Below are positions 52,277 through 64,000 of a stretch of DNA of 64,000 nucleotides, in pieces. The notes under the pieces are model-generated. The model saw only the letters and a program-made list of their open reading frames with translations. It was not told where the DNA came from and did no database searches. How positions within the stretch are numbered: position 1 is the first letter of the stretch; each line of letters starts with the position of its first letter. The translations under genes were made by a program, and so were the position numbers. Origin of the DNA: Macrostomum lignano (lineage: Eukaryota); contig NIVC01002264.1 of assembly GCA_002269645.1 (NCBI GenBank), positions 62,001 through 126,000 on the forward strand. Reading direction: 5' to 3'.

Positions 52277-52819
52277 CAGGGGCGTCGCCAACGGGGGGGA
52301 CAGGGGGGGGGACATGTCCCCCCTCAGTAAAAGATCCGGGGGACATGCCTAATCTAATGCTTTGTCCCCCGACCCCACCTGACCCGTTATGGAAATCAAT
52401 AATTTTGCTGCAGGGCGACAAGGCATAGTGCCTGCAATGCTAAAATGAGTGCCTGCAGCGACGCCAAAATGAGTGCCTTCGGCGCTAAAATGAGTGCCTG
52501 AGGTGCTAAAAATGAGTGCCTGCGGCGCTAAAATGAGTGCCTGCGGCGCTAAAATGAGTTCCTGCGACGCTAAAATGAGTGCCTGAGGCGCTAAAAATGA
52601 GTGCCTGCGGCGCTAAAAATGAGTGCCTGAGGCGCTAAAATGAGTGCCTGAGGCGCTAAAGTGAGTGCCTGCGGCGCTAAAAATGAGTGCCTGAGGCGCT
52701 AAAATGAGTGCGCTGACAACAACCGATTCTGAGAATAATGTACATGTAAGAATTTATTCATGTACATGTATAATTATTGGCTTTGTCCCCCACCATAAAA
52801 TCCATGGAATTCAGCCCCG
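52277..52819. mobile_element. hAT-like MITE with internal 21-22 bp repeat
   Basis: Starts CAGGGGCGTCGCC; degenerate right end CAGCCCCG; 8-bp TSD AATTCTTG (52269-52276, 52820-52827). Confidence 0.65.
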
Positions 52820-54039
52820 AATTCTTGAATCCTACGCTCGTACGACAGCATGAGCACTCTGGCAAATCTATGAATATATATTACAAGCATAAAAGTTGAA
52901 TTCCCGCGCAAAATCTTTCAAAAACAGTCTGGCCTCAGGATAAAAACTAAATTACATGTATTTAATGCCGTTACGGGTGCAAATGTTAGGATGGCAGTGT
53001 GGCCCAGAAACTGCATGAGCATCTGGGAGAGTGGCGCGGTGGCCCAGCAACATATGTGCAGGCATTTCGACTGACGCCTGCGACGTTTGTGAGATGAGAG
53101 GACCAGTTTCATTGCAATACACATGCACAGTGGATACCTTGCAGTGGATTGCATTGCATGCAGGGGCCGACTTTAGCAAAGAAATTATACTCTGTGGCCT
53201 CAGCTGGTTCGTAGTCCAGCCAGAATCACTCAGACGGTCAGCCCTAAGACAGCTACATGTAAGATGTGTCGAGAGATGGCCTATATATTAGAGAAGATAG
53301 TGATCCCGATACCATGCAGGAAAAAATTACTAACTTAAATTTAGAAATTAACTAATTAACGAATCCGGAGATTAAGTGAACGTACCACCACCAATCGATC
53401 CGCCGACATTGCAAGTTATGTCTCTATCATGTTGTAACAGTTGAGAGTTCATTTACCAGGGGGTAAGTGATTGATAATACAACATACGAGCTATTTATCG
53501 TTTTGAGCGTGCAAAAATGAAGCAAAAAAGCCCCCCCCCCCGCCGCAGTTATTCATCTGAGGAATTATTTGAAGCATTCATTGAATTATATCGTTCTATT
53601 CTATATATTGCGCTTGGATCTGGGTCTACAAACATAATTGCATGTAACACATAGTTAAATATATATTCCTATCGAACAATTAATAAGTAGTCAAGCTCAG
53701 ACAGTGACTAAAACTTTTTCAGTGTATGACTTTCACAGTATCTGAGCACAAAATTCTGAGATACACCTCGTTCCCAGGCTCAAAGTGGGGGGCTAGTAGG
53801 GTATTCCATACCGGTATATTGCCTGAAACTAAACTTTTCGCCCGCATATATACGAGTATCACGAAATGCTTTCTTTCAGATATTTTAATACGAGCTAATT
53901 GCATACATTAGACAATAGTGATTGAATTGAGCAAAGGAAATCTGGTCCTGCAGGATACTTCCGCAATGTGGTATCCACAGGCAAAACATTTAGTTGCATC
54001 CGATTTAAAGAAAAGCCAAGCCCCTCACTTTACAGTACG

Positions 54040-54600
54040 CGAGCCTGGAACTCTGAGGAGCGACAAAAGCAACAATGGAGATTCATGTCGATTGACCGAC
54101 CCACTGTGCCCTCGCTACGAGCTGTGCATCACTGATTTCGCCATACTCATGCCAGTCAACATGGTGAACACCCTTGAGCATCTTGTATTGAGCGTTAAGA
54201 GCGGCACTCATCCGCGCCGTTCTACAAGACATCTTCCGTTCTGCTCTTCCGGACGACATTCAGCACCTGATCTCCGGCTTTAAGGCTACAAACAGTTCAT
54301 CGTGCAGCTGTGCAGAACTCGAGAACTCGTAGTTGGACTCGCATTCGACGTTGAAACGTCGATTCTTCCGACGTTGCAACATCACGAACAGCATGGTTTG
54401 GTAAAAAGAGACTCATTGAATCCTGACCAATCACCAATATCGCTTCTTGAGACACCAACAGGTTTAGTATTGCTGGAGACGATATAGATAACATACAGCA
54501 GGCTATTTACTAGATTTGTGTAACGCCGGCAGCCATTTGAGCTTCACTAACTGTATTCCAAAGATTTTCTACAATAAGAGGCCTGACCACCCGGTCCACG
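54040..54600 (+). pseudogene. Decayed inverted paralog of the 56334-57251 gene
   Basis: LCPRYELCITD..LVLSVKSG vs LCPRYQLCDTD..VVMSVKSG; AVLQDIFRSALPDDIQHLISG vs SVLPDTFRSSLLDNVQRLISG; YKQFIVQL identical; WFGKKRL vs WFRKERL; internal deletion, frameshifts and stops. Confidence 0.8.
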
Positions 54601-54859
54601 AGCTCTCTTTCAATAAGTTTTCACTATCGTTTTTGGCTGTTCTGAAAAATAAAAAACTGAAGAAATCTCATATTCTGGTCAGTTCGCTACACAGAGCGAA
54701 AGCGAAAAACCAAATCGTTTTATTTATTCCATTTTTTGCATTGATAATATCCAACAGCCGAATTTAGATTAACAGTAAACAGTATCGATTGTTTATGCAA
54801 ATCTCATTCTACTCTGTTCACGCGTGATTGTTTAAATTTATATTTGTTTGCTTTCCTTG

Positions 54860-56222
<1,363 letters not shown>

Positions 56223-56333
56223 TGTCATAGAAATCATTGTCCAAAAACAGTGTTTTAGGAGCGTATATGGTCCACACAGGCTGAAGTTGACCATTCGGTT
56301 TGATTTTTATCTCTTAGTACTTCGGCGGATCTT

Positions 56334-57251
56334 CTAGCGCACAAGAATAGCGATGTAGTCAGCGTCCCGAACTGTTGACTCCATGGACTGGCTGGGATCC
56401 GAGCTGAACACGATTCGTGGAATCGGTTGCGTGTATTTGCACATAGCGCATGCATCACTCTGCTTGTCCAGTACCGCCATCAATCCGCGGTCACCTGAAC
56501 AAGTGTTATAGTGGAAGTTAATGAAAAACCGTCTCTTAGACGAGCTTTCAATGCTGAAGTAGTTTGTAGACATCGAGGCGAGATTGGTCACGGGCAAGCT
56601 ATGGACTAGGCGCTCCTTCCTGAACCAGTTCGTCATGCTCAGACTCGGGGTGTTCGTCCCAACATCGAAAACGAGTCTCATCACAACGGATGAACTATTT
56701 TACAGCTGCACAATGAACTGCTTGTAGGTCAAGCCGGAGATCAAACGCTGCACATTGTCCAGCAGACTGGAGCGGAAAGTGTCGGGCAGAACGGAGGCAT
56801 CCGGATGAGCCGGCTGCACCACGAAGTCTGAGTTCGCCGAGGTCAAGGTCAACGTGTCCCACACCTCGACACCGCAGCCGCTCTTCACGCTCATGACTAC
56901 AAGCTCATAGGTGCTGATGAGGCTGGCTGGCACGAACGCAGTGTAGAGACAGTCGGTGTCGCACAGCTGGTATCGGGGACACAGAGCGGCAGTCACCTGA
57001 CATTTGACGCCTGACTCATAGGTTGGCATGACGACAGCCGACTGGACAGGCGACCTAGCAGCAGTCATGAGGCAGTCCTCAATCCGACCGGAGATTAGCA
57101 TCAAGGATTGAGAACAGTTGGGCAGGAATTTGTAGCGTTGGAATTCCAGTCGCTTGATAAGACAGCCAGTTGCCGAAGCGAAATTGATCGCACCAGAGAG
57201 GGCAAAAAGCAGCAATACAGACAGATGATGAATCTTCATTACGGGAGGCAT
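56334..57251 (-). CDS. Secreted protein (signal peptide, Cys-containing PAN/apple-like region, C-terminal invertebrate domain of unknown function), interrupted by an in-frame TAA at 56700-56702
   Basis: ORFs 57251-56700 and 56684-56334 are in the same frame and separated only by one TAA; hydrophobic leader MKIHHLSVLLLFALSGAINFASA; homology to the inverted paralog continues across the stop. Confidence 0.6.
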
Positions 57252-58239
57252 TGCTTAGCAGAAATTTACAGCGCTAGGCTAATTCACCAATTGGCTTCCC
57301 CACTCATTCGCTTCCTTTTTTTATGAACCATCTTTGCTCCCGACGGGTTTCCATGGTGGCAGTGTTTTGGGGAAACAGCTGCAGAATCTCCAGCAAGTAG
57401 TTAGCTCAGAGTAAAAGTTAAGAGCCTTTAGCTAGAGCAGATGATGCCAGAGAGGAACAGGAGAATAGGCAGAAAAGTTTTCTACTGGCATACTTCGATT
57501 AGACAGTCAAGGCGCTTTACATTTTTTACTCCAAGAAAGTGGCTCATTGTCCCAGCGACTAACTACGACGTAGCTAGCCAATCGATTTAGTTCTTCGCTT
57601 CGTTACTTACTCTCTCACTTCATGATGGCAGCGCTCAACTTCTCTTCAGCTGAACTTCCTCAAGAGTTTAAACTACCCCCAGCCAAAAGCAGTTCACAAG
57701 AGAAGCAAGTCAGGGGTCTGCCAGGGCGACTACTCAAGCTATTTAAGAACTATTTGAGCACGATTTGAGCACTCAAGCTATTCATATAGACTTAGCAATA
57801 CATTTTGATGTAAGTGAGCCGGCGGCACAAAGCCGACACTCGAAAACTAAGCTAGGAGAAGCAATTTCAGCCTTTTTTATGGGGGCCTGCCCAGCCATTC
57901 ATTGCTGTTAGCTAGAATTCGCACTTCTCACGGGGCGAATAGCCATATGTTGAATAGGTTAAATAGGTTTAGGGCCAACTTTTTGATGTTTCATTTGAGC
58001 ACAAACCTATTGACTGGAATGCCCAGCAGGGACTGCTTGTAGGGGAGGGGCGGGGGTTAGCTTGAGAAAAAGAAATTCTCGCCATTGCCTTGTCTGCTAA
58101 AGTTTATTACAGTGAGCCGGTCTTTTTACCTGTAAGTCGACCTTGTGCGCTTTTATTGCATCACCATATTTGGCCCTATTCTTCATGCAATTATTTCAAT
58201 TTTAGATACTTGCATTTACTTAGTGGGCCAAGGTTGGGA

Positions 58240-59270
58240 TTGCTTGGATGTCAAGACTCATAGGGTCATGGAGGGTTGCTTCTTGATTCCAAGGCTCATG
58301 GGGTCATGGTGGGTTGCTTAGATGCCAAGGCTCATGTGGTCATGGCGGGTTGCTTAGATGCCAAGGCTCATAGGGTCATGGCGGGTTGCTTATTGATGCC
58401 AAGGCTAATAGGGTCATGGGGGTTGCTTAGATGCAAGGCTCATGGGGTCATGGGGGGTTGCTTAGATGCCAAGGCTCATAGGGTCATGGGGGTTGCTTAG
58501 ATGCAAGGCTCATGTGGTCATGGCGGGTTGCTTAGATGCCAAGGCTCATAGGGTCATGGTGGGTTACTTAGATGCCAAGGCTCATGGGGTCATGGTGGGT
58601 TGCTTAGATGCCAAGGCTCATGTGGTCATGGCGGGTTGCTTAGATGCCAAGGCTAATAGGGTCATGGGGGTTGCTTAGATGCAAGGTTCATGGGGTCATG
58701 GGGGGTTGCTTAGATGCCAAGGCTCATAGGGTCATGGTGGGTTACTTAGATGCCAAGATTCGTATGGTCATGGTGGGTTGCTTAGATGCCAAGGCTCATG
58801 GGGTCATGGTGGGTTGCTTAGATGCTAAGGCTCACGGGGTCATGGCGGATTGCTTAGATGCCAAGACTCATAGGGTTATGGCGGGTTGCTTATTGATGCC
58901 AAGGCTAATAGGGTCATGGGGGGTTGCTTATTGATGCCAAGGCTCATAGGATGATGGCGGGTTGCTTAGATGCCAAGGTTCGTATGGTCATGGCGGGTTG
59001 CTTGATGTCAAGGCTCATTGGGTCATGGTGGGTTGCTTAGATGCCAAGGCTCATGGGGTCATGGCGGGTTGCTTAGATGCCAAGGCTCATAGGGTCATGG
59101 CGGGTTGATTAGATGCCAAGGCTCATAGGGTCATGGCGGGTTGCTTAGATGCCAAGGCTCATGGGGTCATGGCGGGTTGCTTAGATGCCAAGGCTCATGG
59201 GGTCATGGCGGGTTGCTTAGATGCCAAGGCTCATGGGGTCATGGCGGGTTGCTTAGATGCCAAGGCTCAA
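58240..59270. repeat. 36-bp minisatellite
   Basis: TTGCTTAGATGCCAAGGCTCATGGGGTCATGGCGGG. Confidence 0.95.
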
Positions 59271-59795
59271 TAATGATCGCTCAGATTTCAAAGCTTAGCT
59301 CATACGGTACAATTTTGCTACAGTGCTTTTGCAAGAGAATTATTTTTATTGCCGAAGAGGGAGAAACTATATATGTTCATAACAAATTTATATTTATACA
59401 AAGTTTTCTGTGAATAGACATCAATTAAATGTATACAAGCGTGTGTCTTCATCAATGCATTACACGTACTATAAGTTACGAGCGTAACTTACCTCTTGCC
59501 AATATGCGACGCAAATAAGCAGTTCTAACTAGGGTTCCATCAAAATCACGGACAGTGGGGTAAAATAAAAAGACAATCAATATTGAATAATAATCGTCGG
59601 CCTTTCTGCTCGCTGGACCTTGACGTAGAGTATCTGGAAGTGCACAGGAAGCTGGCATACTTCACCAGTGATATTTCGGCGGGCGAAAGTCTAAAACTCA
59701 TTGATGCTCTTTGATCCCTAACGAACGGATAAGTGCATTTCCATCTAGGAGAAGTCCATCAAAATTTCTGCTGTCAAATGCAGAATGCTAGATGG

Positions 59796-60695
59796 CTACT
59801 GCATCTGCTTGGTCATCATGATGACGAACTCTTCATAGTCGATCTCGCCGTCTCCATTCAGATCGGCCTCGCGAATCATCTCGTCTACCTCGTCGTCCGT
59901 CAGCTTCTCGCCCAGACTGCACATCACGGTTTTCAGCTCGGCCGCCGAGATGCTGCCGTTGCCGTCCTTGTCGAATACCTGACAGAAGCAACGACGGGAT
60001 GCGGAAGCGTCTTTCACGGCTATTCAGATACTAAAATTAAACCAGAATGAAGGAATGAACCTCCCGTGGTACCCTAGTGGCCTGGATTGGATAAATAGTT
60101 AGGGCCGCTGTACACTCCTGTGTGAGTGTGTGCCTGTGCGTATGACTGCGTACGTATCCGCGCGCTTGTGCGCCTGCTTAGGGAAGTCGGCGGAATGAGC
60201 AGTGTACACCGCATGAGATGATGAGAAAATCATGTCAGATGTACAACGCCATGTGGGTTCGTTCCGGCGTTACATATCCGTAAGCGCTAGTTGTGTCTTC
60301 CGGGGCCAGTGGAATGTAAGCTAACTGACGAACTGAATAGCTTGTCAAATTAGTTAACAAACGAATTAATATCAACTCACTCGAAAGGCCTCACGCAGTT
60401 CAGCCTCCGTGTCCGACTCCTTCGTCCGTCGACTCATCAGCACGCGAAACTCGTCAAAATCGATGTGCCCGTTGCCGTCGATATCGAGTTCATTGATGAT
60501 GTCGCGCAGCTCGGCCTCTGTAGGATTCTGGCCCAGCGCTCGCATCACGGTTCCCAATTCGTCGGTGGTGATGCTGCCAGAGTTGTCTTTGTCGAATAAT
60601 CGAAACACTTCGCGCATATCTTTGAGCTCCGCATCGGTCAGGTCTTTAACGTCGGACTGCTGCTGCTGCTGCTGCGACTTTTGTTTAGTTGACAT
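59796..60695 (-). CDS. Calmodulin-like protein with 4 EF-hands, 2 exons, 165 aa
   Basis: Exons 60695-60381 and 59978-59796; loops [48 protein letters not shown]; poly-Q N-terminal extension; divergent from canonical calmodulin. Confidence 0.92.
60095..60203 (+). mobile_element. SINE-like repeat, GCCGCTGTACAC family, copy 4 (3' part only, in the calmodulin-like intron)
   Basis: Near-identical to the reverse complement of 3545-3657 over ~110 nt. Confidence 0.65.
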
Positions 60696-61654
60696 GGATC
60701 TCTCTAACTGGCACAATTACAGAACTGCGTACAATAACTCGACTAACTTAACTACGCTCGTATGTGCGACTTGATTGCGCCTCAGTGCCGCAGCTTTTTA
60801 GGCACAGAACCGCAAGCGAGAAAAAAACACTGTACGAGGGACTGCATGGGTTCAAGTCGCTGCTGATTGGCTGCGGTCGCAAAATTGACAAGCAACTGAG
60901 AAAGCAGCACAGATGTACGCACTGAACTATTTAACACAGTGTATACGTGTAGCACGCGGGTTGTCACTCGATATTTATCTTTTTAATTCTACATGTTATA
61001 TGATTACTTTTCTAAAGTAATCCTGCTTTGTATAGAAGAGCTACTTGACGAACCGCAAGAACGTACATGCACAGGTCCGCTCGTACACCCAGACTTCTTA
61101 TCTACTTTCTACAGTATGTGGAGAACTGCCATGGTCGCTAGTATATTTATTTTAATGTGCTTAGTCTCAATAAAGTGAAGATCTATAACAGAACATTCGT
61201 TATCTTTAGTATTGTACGCTCGTACTCTGAAATCTTAAATTTTCCAAGTCTAAATACCAATAGTGTTCGAGATGCGCATACAGTGCGGTCTTTAAATTGA
61301 CATAATAGCATACGCTAGGATTACTGCAGATCATTGCTTTAGCTTCAACGGACTCAGTTTAATTTAATATAGAAAATTACCTATGGCCTTTTCAACCAGC
61401 TCTATCCAGGTAGCCAGCCCTCTGTCAAGTGGGCAGCCACTTAGCAAACTGTGTGGGAAAGCCTTAAATAAGATAGCTTAGCATGGGGCCAACTTGAAGG
61501 TTAATTTGGTGTAAAATTTTGCACAGAATCGAGAAGGAGGGTGTGACGTGGTGTGCATTTCTAGAGCAATGCTTCGTTGAGATTTTTTAGCCAATAATTG
61601 AATATACACAAATGTTTGTAAGCACCAGGCACTTATAATACACTAGCAGAGCAG

Positions 61655-62060
61655 AGGTGTCAGGAGTGCAATCATCAGATTGTCAGGAGTGCAATCATCA
61701 GGTGTCAGGAGTGCAATCATCAGATTGTCAGGATTGCAATCATCAGGTGTCAGGAGTGCAATCATCAGATTGTCAGGAGTGCAATCATCAGATTGTCAGG
61801 AGTGCAATCATCAGGTGTCAGGAGTGCAATCATCAGGTGTCATCAGCTGCGCACTACGGCTGTTCAGTCCAATGACTGGGAGGGTCGCCACACACACCCT
61901 CAATTACCCCAGCTAATACTGGCACCCATTTTACAGCTGGGTGAACTGAAGCAATGCAGAGTTGTCTTGCTCAAGGACACAAATTGTTCCAGTAGGATCG
62001 GGAATCGAACCCCCGATCTTCAAGTCGTGAGTCCGATGCTCTAGCCACTAGGCTTCAACC
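61655..62060 (-). mobile_element. tRNA-derived SINE with conserved central domain and tandemly expanded tail
   Basis: Head AGCCTAGTGGCTAGAGCA...GGGTTCGATTCCC (A and B boxes); core TGTGTCCTTGAGCAAGAC...CACCCAGCTGTAAAATGGG; 3' tail of 22-23 nt TGATGATTGCACTCCTGACA repeats. Confidence 0.8.
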
Positions 62061-62949
62061 CCTTTGTATACAAAAAACTGACTGCTTGATGAACTTCAAC
62101 TCTTTTAAGAAGACAACAAACAACAACGATAGAGGAGCGGAGAGTTGACATTTGTTTTATTAAACAAGTAATTGAACCAAATTTAATTACAATTATGCAA
62201 CAACTGTACTTGAAACATCCGGAACTCGATAGACCGCAGACTAAACAGACAGGCAGATAAAAGAAGACACAAGATCAGCAAATTAAATTAAATAATCATG
62301 CAAAATAAAATACATTGGTAATGCAACTCCAGTTACTGTGCCGAGCAGTTCCAGTTTACAGGAATTTACTAATATACTTTTTAAAGTTGTTCCTTTTTCA
62401 AAAAAAGAAACGAAAAAAGTTCAGTGTGTCAAGAATTGGAAACTTATATATATTTATGCTACTAACAAGTAGCCTAATGTGCAAATGGTTCGAAAAACTT
62501 GTGCAGGCTCTGTTGCAGACAGAAAGCGCTTCTGACTAGAATCTGCAAATGGGGCTGGTTCAAAAAATTAGCAAAAAAATAAAATAAACGATTCTGTATT
62601 ATTGTGACGCTAAGGAAAGCGGAAATTGAAAAACTGAGCTTATGAATAGTTTGTTAAATAGTTTATTGCAGTGCAACACAAAATTTGTTCAGAGACTTTT
62701 TAACAAAATGAAAATGAAGTAGGAGACTCAGTGGCAGTAGAGCAATCCACATTGCTAACAGAATGCAAAATGTAAACAATATACAAGAGCGACGGGAAAG
62801 CATTTTAATTGCTTTTGCTAATTGTGCAAACTTGGAATTTTCCAGATAAGTGAGCTTTAAAAAATATAGAAACCACAAATTCACCCAAAAACACCCGAAA
62901 TATTAATACAGAATCTCCCTGCTTCATCTTGATAGATAGTTTCTATGCC

Positions 62950-64000
62950 CCCAACCTGACACTTCATATTGGCTCCCCCTGACACTTCATATTGGCTCCC
63001 CCTGACACTTCATATTGGCTCCCCCTGACACTTCATATTGGCTCCCCCTGACACTTCATATTGGCTCCCCCTGACACTTTGTATTGGCTCCCCCTGACAC
63101 TTCATATTGGCTCCCCCTGACACTTTATATTGGCTCCCCCTGACACTTCATATTGGCTCCCCCTGACACTTCATATTGGCTCCCCCTGACACTTTATATT
63201 GGCTCCCCTGACACTTCATATTGGCTCCTCCTGACACTTCGTATTGACTCCTCTGACACTTAACATTAGCTCTTCCTGACACTTCATATTGACTCCCCTG
63301 ACACTTAACATTAGCTCCCCCTGACACTTCATATTGGCTCCCTCTGACACTTCATATTGGCTCCACCTGACACTTCATATTGCCCCCAACCTGACACTTC
63401 ATATTGGCTCCCCCTGACACTTCATATTGGCTCCTCCTGACACTTCATATTGGCTCTACCTGACACTTCATATTGGCTCCCCCTGACACTTCATATTGGC
63501 TCCCCTGGCACTTAACATTAGCTCCTCTTGACACTTCATATTGACTCCTCTGACACTTAACATTAGCTCCTCTTGACACTTCATATTGACTTAATCTGAT
63601 ACTTCAAATTGGCTCACCTGACACTTCATATTGCCCCCAACTGACACTTCAAATTGGCTCCCCCTGACACTTCATATTGGCTCTCCCTGACACTTCATAT
63701 TGGCTCCCCCTGACACTTCATATTGGCTCCACCTGACACTTCATATTGGCTCCTCCTGACACTTAACATTAGCTCCTCCTGACACTTCATATTGGCTTAA
63801 TTGGCTTAATCTGACACTTCAAATTTGCTCACCTGACACTTCATATTGGCTCCACCTGACAATTCATATTGCCCCCCACTGACACTTCATATTGCCCCCC
63901 TGACACTTCATATTGACCCCCTGAAACTTCAATTTAGTTCCCCCTGAAACTTCAATTTAGTTCCCCCTGACACTTCATATTGACTCGAACTGACTCTTCA
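62950..64000. repeat. 23-bp minisatellite running off the window end
   Basis: CCCCTGACACTTCATATTGGCTC. Confidence 0.95.

Noticed and set aside
52830-53300. GC-richer stretch with short ORFs on both strands
   Set aside because: No recognisable domain or consistent splice structure; left unannotated.
56700-56702. Genome-wide UAA-to-Tyr recoding, as proposed for some flatworm mitochondria
   Set aside because: This is nuclear DNA and no other reconstructed exon contains an in-frame TAA; one case cannot support a code change.
60102-60203. HDV-like ribozyme suggested by a GGCCGC start and GGCGGAATG near the end
   Set aside because: I could not find P1 or P3/P1.1 pairing partners; treated as a SINE 3' module.

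Overview
Eukaryotic (animal) genomic DNA, not prokaryotic. GC-rich exons with spliceosomal introns are interleaved with many minisatellites and non-autonomous transposons; the style suggests a free-living flatworm such as Macrostomum, but that taxonomy is inference only. I could reconstruct eight protein-coding loci, all on the minus strand: PIPOX (peroxisomal sarcosine/pipecolate oxidase), an intronless ankyrin+SAM protein, an unknown coiled-coil protein, USP48, NSRP1, a TRMT10C/MRPP1-like protein, a secreted protein split by an in-frame TAA (with an inverted decayed paralog on the plus strand), and a calmodulin-like protein. Top observations: (1) the TRMT10C-like gene has no in-frame ATG, but its frame opens in phase 0 right after a strong splice acceptor, as expected if a spliced-leader 3' AUG supplies the start codon; (2) six head-to-tail genes, most with an acceptor just upstream of the start, suggest an SL-resolved operon; (3) a Penelope-like retroelement remnant forms a ~320-bp inverted repeat carrying two minimal hammerhead ribozymes; (4) an intronic minisatellite whose unit is a complete GT-branch-AG mini-intron on the antisense strand; (5) tandem Helitrons with internal minisatellites and a tRNA-derived cassette, plus several MITEs and SINEs. 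All coordinates and counts were read by eye and no database searches were run.
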